64,000 nucleotides of DNA from an uncultured Prolixibacteraceae bacterium (lineage in GTDB: Bacteria > Bacteroidota > Bacteroidia > Bacteroidales > Prolixibacteraceae): positions 5,967-69,966 of the forward strand of contig CAMTWS010000005.1 of NCBI GenBank assembly GCA_947085485.1. Direction: 5' to 3'. Shown one piece after another: positions 1 to 8,995 of this stretch. Within the stretch, counting starts at the first letter, position 1. Each line of letters begins with the position of its first letter. The notes under the pieces are model-generated. The model searched no databases. It was given only the letters and a program-made list of their open reading frames with translations, and was not told where the DNA came from. Both the position numbers and the translations under genes were made by a program.

Positions 1-906
1 CGTGAATTATCACTTGCCATTACTGCTGAATTATTTTCGATATTCCTGTTGGTAGCTACTGCCTTTAACTTGCGGGAGTTTTCAGTTCCCTGGTTTACAG
101 ATGAACCTGAAGCTGTCCTTCTGTTTACATTAGTCGCCGAAGGTCTTTCAGCACCTGTGCGGGTACTTTCCAATGACCGGTTCTGGCCCGACAGAGAACT
201 TTTTGTTCTGTTTCGGTCGATCGAAGCATTATCACGTGTTCTTGCGTTTTGTCCTGAATTCGTCCTTGCATAAAGCGCTTCCCCGTCTTTTCTCAGGTCG
301 GGGCGCGAATAGGTGTTTTTATAATTGCCGTTATTAATTCTTGCTCTCACCCCAGGCGAATAAGTCCGGACGTTGCTGTAATAAAAGTCGTTGTAATTGT
401 TGCAGCGATGATAGTTCCATGTGCGGTAATGCCTGTAATAATAATTGTGCATGTTATAATGATATCCGTAGTAGGTATGCCAGTAAAACGGGCGCCAGGG
501 ATTCCAGTAACCAGTAAACCGGATAGTAGTCCCAGTACCACGAAGAATGCCACGTGACATAGCCGGGAAGATAGATATATCTGATTACCGGCCAGGCAGC
601 AATCTCATAGGTTGTGGTCCTGACAACGGCAACATTTCTGTTTTTTCCTCTGTAACCGGGGTTTAGTGTCCCCATCTGGTTATCAGCATATATTGGTCCA
701 ACTATATAATTTCGGCCGTATAAAGCCTCGTCGCCAACCAACTGAATCTGTACCGACCCATTGTTGAAACGCTGAACGGTAAACACAGCCACATCCTGAG
801 TTTCGTCCCTGTTCAGTGCAGCCCGCAGTACTATGGAGTGAACATCTCCATCAACATAGTCAATCGCCATTATATAATCGACCTGGTTGTCGCCATTTAC
901 CGGCAA
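1..906 (-). pseudogene. Degraded hypothetical protein (Tyr/Trp/His-rich middle, Arg/Ser/Asn-rich tail); 5'-truncated and frameshifted, runs off window start
   Basis: ORF 454..924 reads NGDNQVDYIM...WHSSWYWDYYPVYW and then loses frame at a 7-bp tandem duplication (ccagtaa x2, 504-517). Removing one copy gives an open frame NPWRPFYWHTYYGYHYNMHNYYYRHYRTW... to base 1. No credible start codon or signal peptide. Confidence 0.7.
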
Positions 907-1015
907 TTCCAAAAGGAAAAACACTTCAAAGTATTTTATCTTACCGATAATACGCGCTGTTTACCGACCTTAAGGTTTCGTTAACAAAGTTCTAATACTT
1001 TTTAACAAAAAACCT

Positions 1016-1043
1016 GGCAACCTTTGTACCTGTTATAAGTCTA
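1016..1043 (+). promoter_or_regulatory. Candidate ECF-sigma promoter
   Basis: ggcAAC-N17-GTCta about 45 bp upstream of the ATG at 1090. Confidence 0.4.
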
Positions 1044-1089
1044 TTATAACGAAAACAAATAATTGGAAAAGGTTTTAAAAACTGAAAAT

Positions 1090-1428
1090 ATGAAAACAAA
1101 TATGAAACAATTTACAGCAGGAACATTTATCGCACTTCTATTATTAGTCGGGAATGTAAATGCGGAAGGTACGGAAGCAAAAGCAAAAGCCGCAAGCCGC
1201 GAAATTATTGAAACCACACTTCAGGTTGAAAAATGGATGACTGATGAAAGTATTTGGAACACTAAATCAACTTTCATTTACGAAACTGGTCCGGGAACAG
1301 AGACAAGCCTTGAACTTGAAAACTGGATGACCAGCGCAGAAATATGGAATATAAACAGCAATGTTGAGGAAACAGAAACAGAATTAACAGTTGAAAACTG
1401 GATGATTAGTGAAAACGTTTGGAAATAA
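1090..1428 (+). CDS. Small secreted acidic protein with three ETxLx(V/L)ExWMx5W repeats
   Basis: Signal peptide (FIALLLLVGNVNA-E). Repeats LQVEKWMTDESIW / LELENWMTSAEIW / LTVENWMISENVW. Start at ATG 1090 or 1102. Confidence 0.8.
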   Translation: MKTNMKQFTAGTFIALLLLVGNVNAEGTEAKAKAASREIIETTLQVEKWMTDESIWNTKSTFIYETGPGTETSLELENWMTSAEIWNINSNVEETETELTVENWMISENVWK

Positions 1429-1473
1429 ATAGTTTTGAAAACAGGGAAACGCGATTGGTTTAGTTCAATTTTT

Positions 1474-1504
1474 AAGGGGCTGTAAGAAATTGCAGCCCCT
1501 TTTA
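1474..1504. terminator. Intrinsic terminator between convergent genes
   Basis: aaggggctgtaa-gaaa-ttgcagcccctt followed by a T run. Confidence 0.8.
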
Positions 1505-1528
1505 TTTGGTCAATGTAGAGATATATGT

Positions 1529-2998
1529 TTATTTTAAACTCTTGATATATGTCTCCACAACAGCGGTTATTGCAGCAGTTTTCCTATCGTTACGGAAAAT
1601 ACTTTCAAGTTTTTCCTGTAATGACTGCTCATCGGCAATAATTTGCATTGTCTGGTTCAGGATTGTTTGTTGTTCGGAAATAAAATGCGTTGAGAGTTCT
1701 CCTTTAATAAATGTTTCGTTTGACAGAACTGCCTTATGAAACGGTATGTTTGTTTTAGGCCCTACAATTATGTATTCATACAGCGCCCTGCGCATTCGTA
1801 CAATGGCCTCATCCCTGTCCCTTCCCCAAACAATAAGTTTTGATATCATCGAATCATAATAAGAAGGAATTGAATATGTATTAAACACACCCGAGTCCAC
1901 TCTTATACCAATTCCGCCCGGAGAGCGGTATCCTTTAAGTTTTGCCGGCGACGGGGCAAAATTGTTTAACGGGTCTTCAGCGTTAATCCTGCATTCAATG
2001 GCATGGCCATTTATTTTTATATCTTCCTGTTTAAAAGAAAGCTTTTCACCCGAAGCGATAAGTATTTGTTGCTTAACTATATCGATGCCTGTGATAATCT
2101 CTGTTACCGGATGTTCGACCTGTACGCGGGTATTCATCTCCATAAAATAAAAGTTGCCATTGGTATAGATAAATTCTATAGTGCCCGCGTTTGTATAATT
2201 AATTGCCTTTGCAATGTTTACTGCAACATCGCCCATTTGTTTTCTCAACTCTTCCGTCATAACCGGCGAAGGAGCTTCTTCTATAAGCTTTTGGTGCCGC
2301 CGCTGTATCGAACATTCCCTTTCTCCAAGATGTACTACGTTTCCGTAATTGTCGGCAATAATCTGAAATTCAATATGCCTTGGCTGATCAACATACTTTT
2401 CAATAAAAACCGATGGGTTTCCGAATGCAGATCCGGAGGTAGCTTTTGATTGCTCTATTGCATTTGCAAGTTCCTGTGGGTTTGCGGCAATACGCATCCC
2501 TATGCCCCCGCCGCCTGCAGCCGCTTTTACTATAACAGGGTAACCTATTTCAGCAGATATTTTTGCTGCAATTTCCATGTCTTGCACTTCTTCTGTTGTT
2601 CCAGGCACAACAGGACCCCCTGCTTCTGCTACCGTTTTCCGGGCTATAATTTTATTGCCCATGAGCTCAATGACCCTGCTCGACGGCCCGATAAAAATTA
2701 TTCCTTCTTTTTCGCACGAATAAGCAAAATTCGGGTTTTCTGACAAAAATCCGTACCCGGGATGTATTGCCGTTGCATTGCATTTTTTCGCAATGGCAAT
2801 TATTTTTTTGATATTCAGGTAAGTTTCCTTAACATGGTTCCCCTCTAGCGGATACGCTTCATCAGCATATTTGGTATGTAATGCATGCGTGTCAACATCG
2901 GAATAAACTGCTACCGTTTTTATTCCAAGCTCTCTTGCGGCACGCATTATCCTTATTGCTATTTCAGAGCGGTTTGCAACTAATATTTTATGTATCAT
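1529..2998 (-). CDS. pycA: Biotin carboxylase; pyruvate carboxylase subunit A
   Basis: ANRSEIA, HPGYGFLSEN, GGGGIGM, ERECSIQRRHQK, EMNTRVQVEH, RINAEDP motifs; adjacent to a carboxyltransferase-biotin subunit. Confidence 0.88.
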   Translation of the reverse strand: MIHKILVANRSEIAIRIMRAARELGIKTVAVYSDVDTHALHTKYADEAYPLEGNHVKETYLNIKKIIAIAKKCNATAIHPGYGFLSENPNFAYSCEKEGIIFIGPSSRVIELMGNKIIARKTVAEAGGPVVPGTTEEVQDMEIAAKISAEIGYPVIVKAAAGGGGIGMRIAANPQELANAIEQSKATSGSAFGNPSVFIEKYVDQPRHIEFQIIADNYGNVVHLGERECSIQRRHQKLIEEAPSPVMTEELRKQMGDVAVNIAKAINYTNAGTIEFIYTNGNFYFMEMNTRVQVEHPVTEIITGIDIVKQQILIASGEKLSFKQEDIKINGHAIECRINAEDPLNNFAPSPAKLKGYRSPGGIGIRVDSGVFNTYSIPSYYDSMISKLIVWGRDRDEAIVRMRRALYEYIIVGPKTNIPFHKAVLSNETFIKGELSTHFISEQQTILNQTMQIIADEQSLQEKLESIFRNDRKTAAITAVVETYIKSLK

Positions 2999-3027
2999 GA
3001 ACTTTTTTTATACAAAATATTTTAACA

Positions 3028-4752
3028 TTACCCTATTACCAAAAGCATATCATTTGAATCTACGACCTCGCTTTCCGATACATATATCCCTTTTACCGTG
3101 CCATCAAATTCAGAATGAATCTCAGCCTGCATTTTCATTGCCTCAAGAACTATAACAGATTGTCCTTTTTTAACGCTATCGCCAACTTTAACTTTTATTA
3201 AAACTACCATTCCCTGAATTGGAGACAAAACAGCGCCTTTTGAAATGTGTTCTTTTTGTGGTTTTATATCCTCTTTTTCTTTTTCAGGCCCAACACTGTC
3301 AACCGGCTTTATTTTTACCCTGAACTCATCTTCATCAACTGTTACAATAAACTCGTTTGAATCAACACGTTGCTTTGGCATTTTTTCAGAATTTTCAGCA
3401 ACAGGAATGGGTTCCTGCTTAGCCTCCCCTTTAAGAAACTTTGCAGCAACCTGCGGGTACATAACGTAGCTTAACAGGTCTTCTTCCGAATTTATGGGAA
3501 CCCCCTGTCCTTCTGCTTCTTTTTTAGCTTTTTCCAATTCGGGGCTTAATAAATCGGCAGGACGAACGGTAACAGGTATTTGATTATTAATGATGAGATC
3601 GAGAATTTCCTTTTTTATTGGGACCGGCGTTTCGCCATAGTTGCCCAAACAGTAATTTTTTACTTCTTCGGTAACCTTTTTATACCTGCCTCCCAATAAA
3701 ACATTTAAAACAGCCTGTGTGCCAATAATCTGGCTTGTAGGGGTTACCAGCGGGGGAAAACCTAAGTCTTCCCTGACCTTGGGCACTTCCTTCAAGACAT
3801 CATTATATTTATCTGTTGCTTTTTGTTCTTTAAGCTGTGAATACAGGTTTGAAATCATCCCCCCCGGTATCTGGTGGAGCAGTACGCTTACATCAGATTT
3901 TTCAACAACAGGACTGATGAGGGCCTGATATTTTTGCCTTACAGTTAAAAAATAGTAGCCAATATCAACAAGTTGTTTTAAATCAAGGCCGGTATCATAA
4001 GGCGTATCTTTTAACGAAGCGATAAATGATTCCATGGGCGGCTGGGAAGTGCCATTTGCAAAAGGGGAAAATGCACAATCAACAATATCGACCCCTGCCT
4101 CGCAGGCTGCGTAGTAGCTTAACATACCCATCCCACTGGTCATGTGGGTATGGAGATCGACAGGCAGTTTTGTTGCTTTTTTTATTGCAGTAACTAAATC
4201 AAATGCAGCTTGTGGTGTAATTATACCAGCCATGTCTTTTATGCATATTACATCACAACCAAGCCTTTCAAGTTTAACTGCCATTTCGGTAAACCTCTCT
4301 ACCGTATGCACAGGGCTTGTTGTATAAGAAATTCCCCCCTGGACTGTGGCGCCTGAATCTTTAGCCGCTTTTACAGAAACTTCCATATTCCTTATATCAT
4401 TTAGCGCATCAAAGATCCTGATGATATCGATCCCGTTTTTTACACAAAGACTTACAAATTTTTTTGTGGTATCGTCGGCATAATGTCGGTAGCCAACCAG
4501 ATTTTGGCCACGAAGCAACATCTGGAGGGGTGTTTTTTTAACTTTTTCTTTAATTTTTCGCAGCCTGTCCCATGGATCCTCCGCTAAAAATCTTAAACAA
4601 GCATCAAAAGTTGCCCCGCCCCAAACTTCAAGTGAATAAAACCCGATTTCATCAAGTTTTTCCAAAACAGGAAGCATATCTTCTGTTCTCATTCTGGTGG
4701 CAATAAGCGATTGATGCGCATCGCGCAATGTTGTGTCAATAATTTTTACCAT
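3028..4752 (-). CDS. pycB: Pyruvate carboxylase subunit B (carboxyltransferase + biotinyl domain; OadA-like)
   Basis: DTTLRDAHQS, EVWGGATFD, EDPWDRL, IKDMAG, HTH, VTPTSQI and C-terminal EAMKM biotin site; no oadB/oadG nearby. Confidence 0.88.
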   Translation of the reverse strand: MVKIIDTTLRDAHQSLIATRMRTEDMLPVLEKLDEIGFYSLEVWGGATFDACLRFLAEDPWDRLRKIKEKVKKTPLQMLLRGQNLVGYRHYADDTTKKFVSLCVKNGIDIIRIFDALNDIRNMEVSVKAAKDSGATVQGGISYTTSPVHTVERFTEMAVKLERLGCDVICIKDMAGIITPQAAFDLVTAIKKATKLPVDLHTHMTSGMGMLSYYAACEAGVDIVDCAFSPFANGTSQPPMESFIASLKDTPYDTGLDLKQLVDIGYYFLTVRQKYQALISPVVEKSDVSVLLHQIPGGMISNLYSQLKEQKATDKYNDVLKEVPKVREDLGFPPLVTPTSQIIGTQAVLNVLLGGRYKKVTEEVKNYCLGNYGETPVPIKKEILDLIINNQIPVTVRPADLLSPELEKAKKEAEGQGVPINSEEDLLSYVMYPQVAAKFLKGEAKQEPIPVAENSEKMPKQRVDSNEFIVTVDEDEFRVKIKPVDSVGPEKEKEDIKPQKEHISKGAVLSPIQGMVVLIKVKVGDSVKKGQSVIVLEAMKMQAEIHSEFDGTVKGIYVSESEVVDSNDMLLVIG

Positions 4753-4875
4753 AAATTTTTTCCTTATTTTATTATTTCAACCGACCATTTTTTAAATTAA
4801 AACCACGTCGTAAATCTTTCTCTTTTCGCTCAAATCAAATATGACGAAAGAAATGATGAAATTACACAAGCGAAG

Positions 4876-4883
4876 CAAAAATA
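4876..4883 (-). promoter_or_regulatory. Bacteroidota -7 promoter element for pycB-pycA
   Basis: TATTTTTG on the minus strand (TAnnTTTG consensus), ~120 bp upstream of pycB. Confidence 0.45.
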
Positions 4884-4911
4884 ACAAAAAACCTGTAATT
4901 TGTCAGGTTTT
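4880..4911 (-). terminator. Probable intrinsic terminator downstream of the enolase-family gene
   Basis: aaaacctg-N8-caggtttt inverted repeat followed by T-rich sequence on the minus strand. Confidence 0.45.
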
Positions 4912-5032
4912 AGATTTAATCCCGGCGTTTATATTTCGCTGATCGATATGTAAATTCCAAACTCACATTGGGCGTCATAAATACAAGGCTTACGTAATTA
5001 GTTGATTATATAAGCAATACATTTTTGGGTAT

Positions 5033-6322
5033 TTAACTCTCTGCCACCTTAAATTTTCTGACAAATTCGGGATTTAAATCTACCCCAAGCCCGGGACCGG
5101 TGGGGACTTTAACCATTCCGTTTTCAATTTTTAAAGGCGAAGTTTTACATTCAAAAGCGATGTCAGTTTTAAATCCTTTAAACTCATGGTATTGCAGTGC
5201 ATTTGGCAACGCCGATACAAAATGCATCATGTACAGAAAACCCAAATCGCCGCCCGACATGTGTGGAGTGCATTTTTTCCCCAGCGCATTTGCCATGAGC
5301 GCTACTTTCATCGACCGTATCATTCCCCCAAAATAGTTGGTGTCGGGTTGAACAATATCGAGGCCATCGTTCGCAATCAGCCAGCGAAATCCGTGAAGGC
5401 TGTATTCCTGTTCGCCTCCTGCAACCGGAATGGTTAGGGCATCAGCAACTGTTTTTGTCTCTTCGTACCAGTCGAACATTACAGGTTCTTCAAAAAACTG
5501 AAAACGGTATTCCTCGAGTATTTTACCCACACGAATTGCTTCTTTAACCGAATAAAATCCATTCGAATCGGCATACAAAGTCATGTCGTCGCCAAAGGTT
5601 TTTCTAACCAGCGGAATGATGGTTTCAGTTCTTCCGGGAGGGCCAACCGCGTTGATATCGTTGGTCATAAACATCAGTCCGCCAACCTTAATTTTAAGCG
5701 CCTTCGCGTTGTATTCGGCAACATCGCGCTTTATCAGTTCCATTGATTCCTCAACCGGTTTTTCGCGGTATTCGGTTGCCTGGTAAACTGCCACTTCAGG
5801 ATGGTGGATATCGCCAATCAGTTGTCCGATTGACTTTCCAGCGATACGTCCCATCATATCCAAAATGGCAAATTCAATACATGAAAGAGGGACTCCCAAA
5901 GCCATGCCCGATAACCGAAAATTGAGATTGTAGATAAAAACCTTTTCCAACAACAGATCGAGATCGCGGGCATCTTTACCTATAAAAAAGGGTTTCAGCA
6001 AGTTATTGAAAATCGGATACAGCGATCGCAACTGCCCGCCGTGGCCAACCGACATTCCTTCTTCACCATTTTTTGAACGCACCCGGCATAAAAAGCTATT
6101 TCCATACCGGAGTAATTCAAGCGTTTCAATGATAAAAGGCGACTTAAACAGGCCTTTTTTAAACACCGGCTGTTGCAGAATTTTATCCAGTTTTTCGTAA
6201 TTAGCGATAACACTTTCCGAAACTGTTTCTGATGTTTTTTGAGAGCAAGCCGAAACCGGTATTGCTGCGGCAACACTGCCGGCAAATGCTGTTGAAATAA
6301 AATTGCGGCGATTGGTTTTCAT
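5033..6322 (-). CDS. Mandelate racemase/muconate lactonizing enzyme family (enolase superfamily), Tat-exported, probable lipoprotein
   Basis: Likely start MKTNRRNFIS (6322), lipobox VSAC. KxK (LKIKVG), metal ligands YADSN/FEEP/GGEQ, PHMS, VPTGPGLG. Confidence 0.88.
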   Translation of the reverse strand: MKTNRRNFISTAFAGSVAAAIPVSACSQKTSETVSESVIANYEKLDKILQQPVFKKGLFKSPFIIETLELLRYGNSFLCRVRSKNGEEGMSVGHGGQLRSLYPIFNNLLKPFFIGKDARDLDLLLEKVFIYNLNFRLSGMALGVPLSCIEFAILDMMGRIAGKSIGQLIGDIHHPEVAVYQATEYREKPVEESMELIKRDVAEYNAKALKIKVGGLMFMTNDINAVGPPGRTETIIPLVRKTFGDDMTLYADSNGFYSVKEAIRVGKILEEYRFQFFEEPVMFDWYEETKTVADALTIPVAGGEQEYSLHGFRWLIANDGLDIVQPDTNYFGGMIRSMKVALMANALGKKCTPHMSGGDLGFLYMMHFVSALPNALQYHEFKGFKTDIAFECKTSPLKIENGMVKVPTGPGLGVDLNPEFVRKFKVAES

Positions 6323-6389
6323 TGAGTAAAAATAAGAAAGAAAATAACAGTTTCTCAAAACGGACAAACATTGACCTGTACTTTTAGAA

Positions 6390-6562
6390 TATTTTGAATA
6401 CACGATTTTTTTGTGAATAACAATACCGTCAATATTTACCTTCAAATGGTAAATCCCCTGCGAAACTGCCTGATTATTTTCATTCCTGCCATTCCATGTT
6501 AACTTGTGCAAACCAACTGGCAGCAGTTGTTTTGCTGTTATATATTTCACGTGCTGACCTAA
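6390..6562 (-). pseudogene. Orphan remnant of a T9SS/FlgD-like C-terminal Ig domain
   Basis: Reads LGQHVKYITAKQLLPVGLHKLTWNGRNENNQAVSQGIYHLKVNIDGIVIHKKIVYSK, a typical CTD pattern with no upstream body. Confidence 0.65.
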
Positions 6563-6820
6563 TTTTTAAGCTCAATTAAAAAATCAAAGCAAATAAAAAG
6601 TCAAGGTTAAACTGCGAAGGCAAGTATTCTAAAAGTCAATAAAATCAGACACAAATGCCATTGATTAAGAACCATTTTAAATAGTTTTTCAACATTGGAA
6701 TTTAATTGAAATTGGCTAATTTTGATTCCGATAGGTTGAAATTGCTGAATAAAAATCCAATTGGCTATTGTTTGAAATTTTAACAGTTTAAAAAGGTCAT
6801 AAAAAGAGAAAAATCAAATC

Positions 6821-7909
6821 ATGGATACTGCGCCGAAAACAAAAGGCATTTACCTTCAGCTTCTTGATTTTATCAGGAATAATAAGCAATGTGTGTTGGC
6901 AACAGTAACCGGTTCGCACGGATCAACACCTCAAAAACCGGGCAGTTCAGCAATTTTCGATGGAAAAAAGTTGCTGGCCGGCACTGTTGGCGGAGGTTCC
7001 GTTGAACTGTCTGTCGGTAAAATAGCTGCGGAAGCTATAAATTCCAAAAAATCAGGTTACTTCCGCTTCGATTTGGATAATGATATTTCTGTTGCCGATG
7101 CTTCTATTTGCGGCGGTGGCATGAGTATTCTTTTAGATGCCGTTCCTGAAAAGCATGTCAAAACCTTTGAATCCATGAACGAATCTGAAAACAGCCGTGT
7201 TCATGGAGTTCTGGCAACCCTTTGCGGTTCGGGTTCGCCGGAATGTGCAGTGATGGCAAGGTATTGGATTACTTCTGAAAATCTGAATAACTTTACTGAA
7301 CTTATTCCGAATGAGGTTATTACAGCCGCAACAGAAATGATTTCCAATCGCAATCATGACGAATTCAGGGAGATTGTTATTCGTGATTCTGATAAAGATA
7401 AAGAAGAATTAGCCTTTCTTGAATCGGGTGTTCCGTTGCCACAACTGATTATTGCCGGCGCAGGGCATGTTGGAAAAGCGCTTTCGCACCTCGGGAAACT
7501 GCTCGGTTTTGAAGTAACGGTTTGGGACGACCGCCCCGAATATGCCAATACAACCAATTTACCCGATGCTGATAAAGTTCTTTCAGGGGACCTTGATGAA
7601 AGCCTTGGAAACATTGCCGCTGACAGGGATACATATATTGTAATGGTTACCCGGGGGCATAAAAAAGATGCCGATGTGCTGAGAAAATTTATTGGTTCTG
7701 ATGCGGGTTATATCGGAATGATTGGCAGTCGTAAAAAAATTGTGCTGGTACGCGAATCTTTCCTGAAAAACGGATGGGCAACTGCAGAACAGTGGGACAA
7801 AATTCATACACCCATCGGGTTGGAAATAGGCTCGATAACGGTACAGGAAATTGCGTTAAGCATTGCGGCACAACTGGTTAAGGTTCGAAATCAACTTAAA
7901 AACAGATGA
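6821..7909 (+). CDS. xdhC: XdhC/CoxI family molybdenum cofactor insertion chaperone
   Basis: GSTPQKPGS, GTVGGGSVE, ICGGGM, GAGHVG, VTRGHKKD, YIGMIGSRKK, PIGLEIG; TAATTTTG promoter at 6717-6724. Confidence 0.9.
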   Translation: MDTAPKTKGIYLQLLDFIRNNKQCVLATVTGSHGSTPQKPGSSAIFDGKKLLAGTVGGGSVELSVGKIAAEAINSKKSGYFRFDLDNDISVADASICGGGMSILLDAVPEKHVKTFESMNESENSRVHGVLATLCGSGSPECAVMARYWITSENLNNFTELIPNEVITAATEMISNRNHDEFREIVIRDSDKDKEELAFLESGVPLPQLIIAGAGHVGKALSHLGKLLGFEVTVWDDRPEYANTTNLPDADKVLSGDLDESLGNIAADRDTYIVMVTRGHKKDADVLRKFIGSDAGYIGMIGSRKKIVLVRESFLKNGWATAEQWDKIHTPIGLEIGSITVQEIALSIAAQLVKVRNQLKNR

Positions 7910-8499
7910 AAGAAATTTGGGCAATAATTCTGGCAGCCGGCGCTTCCACACGGATGAACAGGCAAAAGCTGCTCCTCCCGTTCAATGGTAAAACCATTAT
8001 TGAAACGGTGGTAGAAAATGCTGCCCTGTCGGTAAATTCAAATATTTTGGTCGTGCTGGGCTCGCACCGCGAACAAATACAAAAACAAATCGTAAATAAT
8101 CAGGTAAAATTTTGTGTGAACGAAAATTATATGGCTGGAATGTTGTCGTCTGTCATTTGCGGGTTCAGGGCCTTACCGGGTGAGGCAAGGGCTGCTCTTA
8201 TTTTCCTTGGCGACCAGCCCCAAATTCCTTCACAGGTAACTGATTTGGTTATCGAAGCGTGGATTCAATCGAAAAAAGGAATTGTCATGCCAACATACAA
8301 TGGCAGGCGCGGACATCCGGTTTTAATTGAGACAAGATATAAAACTGAAATTGAAAGACTTGATTCTGAAAAAGGATTGCGCACACTTTCAGAAAAATTT
8401 AAAGATGATGTATATGAAGTGGAATGCAATATTCCTGAAATCCTCAGTGACATTGACACTCCGGAAGAATATGAAGATGAAATCAATAAAAATCAATAA
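7906..8499 (+). CDS. mocA: Molybdenum cofactor cytidylyltransferase (MocA-like NTP transferase)
   Basis: ILAAGASTRM, KLLLP, GMLSS, LGDQP, GHPV, DIDTPEEY; ATGA overlap with xdhC. Confidence 0.85.
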   Translation: MKEIWAIILAAGASTRMNRQKLLLPFNGKTIIETVVENAALSVNSNILVVLGSHREQIQKQIVNNQVKFCVNENYMAGMLSSVICGFRALPGEARAALIFLGDQPQIPSQVTDLVIEAWIQSKKGIVMPTYNGRRGHPVLIETRYKTEIERLDSEKGLRTLSEKFKDDVYEVECNIPEILSDIDTPEEYEDEINKNQ

Positions 8500-8511
8500 A
8501 ACTTAATAAAT

Positions 8512-8995
8512 ATGGAAGAAAAAGTACAATTTGAATTGAATGGAAAACAGGTTGAAATCCAGCCAGAAAAAAATCAAACATTGCTTTGGGCGCTTCGCAC
8601 CAGCTTTAACCTCACCGGCACCAAATATGGTTGCGGCGAAGGATACTGCGGCTCGTGCACAGTGCTGATGAACGGTGAACCGGTACGTTCGTGTGTAACC
8701 GCTCTTGAAGATGTTGCCGGGGCAAAAATTGTAACCATTGAAGGACTGGCTGACGGTGATAAACTACACCCTGTTCAGCAGGCTTTTGTTGAACACGATG
8801 CGCTGCAGTGTGGTTACTGCACGCCGGGAATGATTATGAATGCAGTGGGTTTGCTGGAAAAAAAACCCGGAACCAACCAGGCAGGAAATTATTGACGGCA
8901 TGGAAGACAATCTCTGTCGTTGCGGCGCCCACACGCGTATATTCAGGGCAATTGAATCAGCATCAAAAATAATGAAAGGAGTACCACAGCAATGA
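8512..8995 (+). pseudogene. (2Fe-2S)-binding small subunit (CoxS/IorA-like), frameshifted in an A8 run
   Basis: GCGEGYCGSCTV and QCGYCTPG are in frame 1. Deleting one A from A8 (8858-8865) restores NPEPTRQEIIDGMEDNLCRCGAH...QQ*, which ends with an ATGA overlap on the large subunit. Confidence 0.85.

Noticed and set aside
940..1010. Direct repeats ttaccga (x2) and ttaacaaa (x2) as response-regulator boxes
   Set aside because: They are short and AT-rich with no cognate regulator nearby, so cannot be distinguished from chance.
3028..4752. Na+-pumping oxaloacetate decarboxylase alpha subunit
   Set aside because: No oadB/oadG membrane subunits are adjacent; the partner is a biotin carboxylase.
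4805..4868. Imperfect hairpin in the pycB leader as a cis-regulatory RNA
   Set aside because: Only about 8 solid pairs in AT-rich sequence, and it matches no riboswitch I recognise; it would need covariation evidence.
5033..6550. 505-aa ORF as one fusion protein
   Set aside because: The Tat signal at 6322 marks the real start; the upstream part is a CTD relic plus non-coding sequence.
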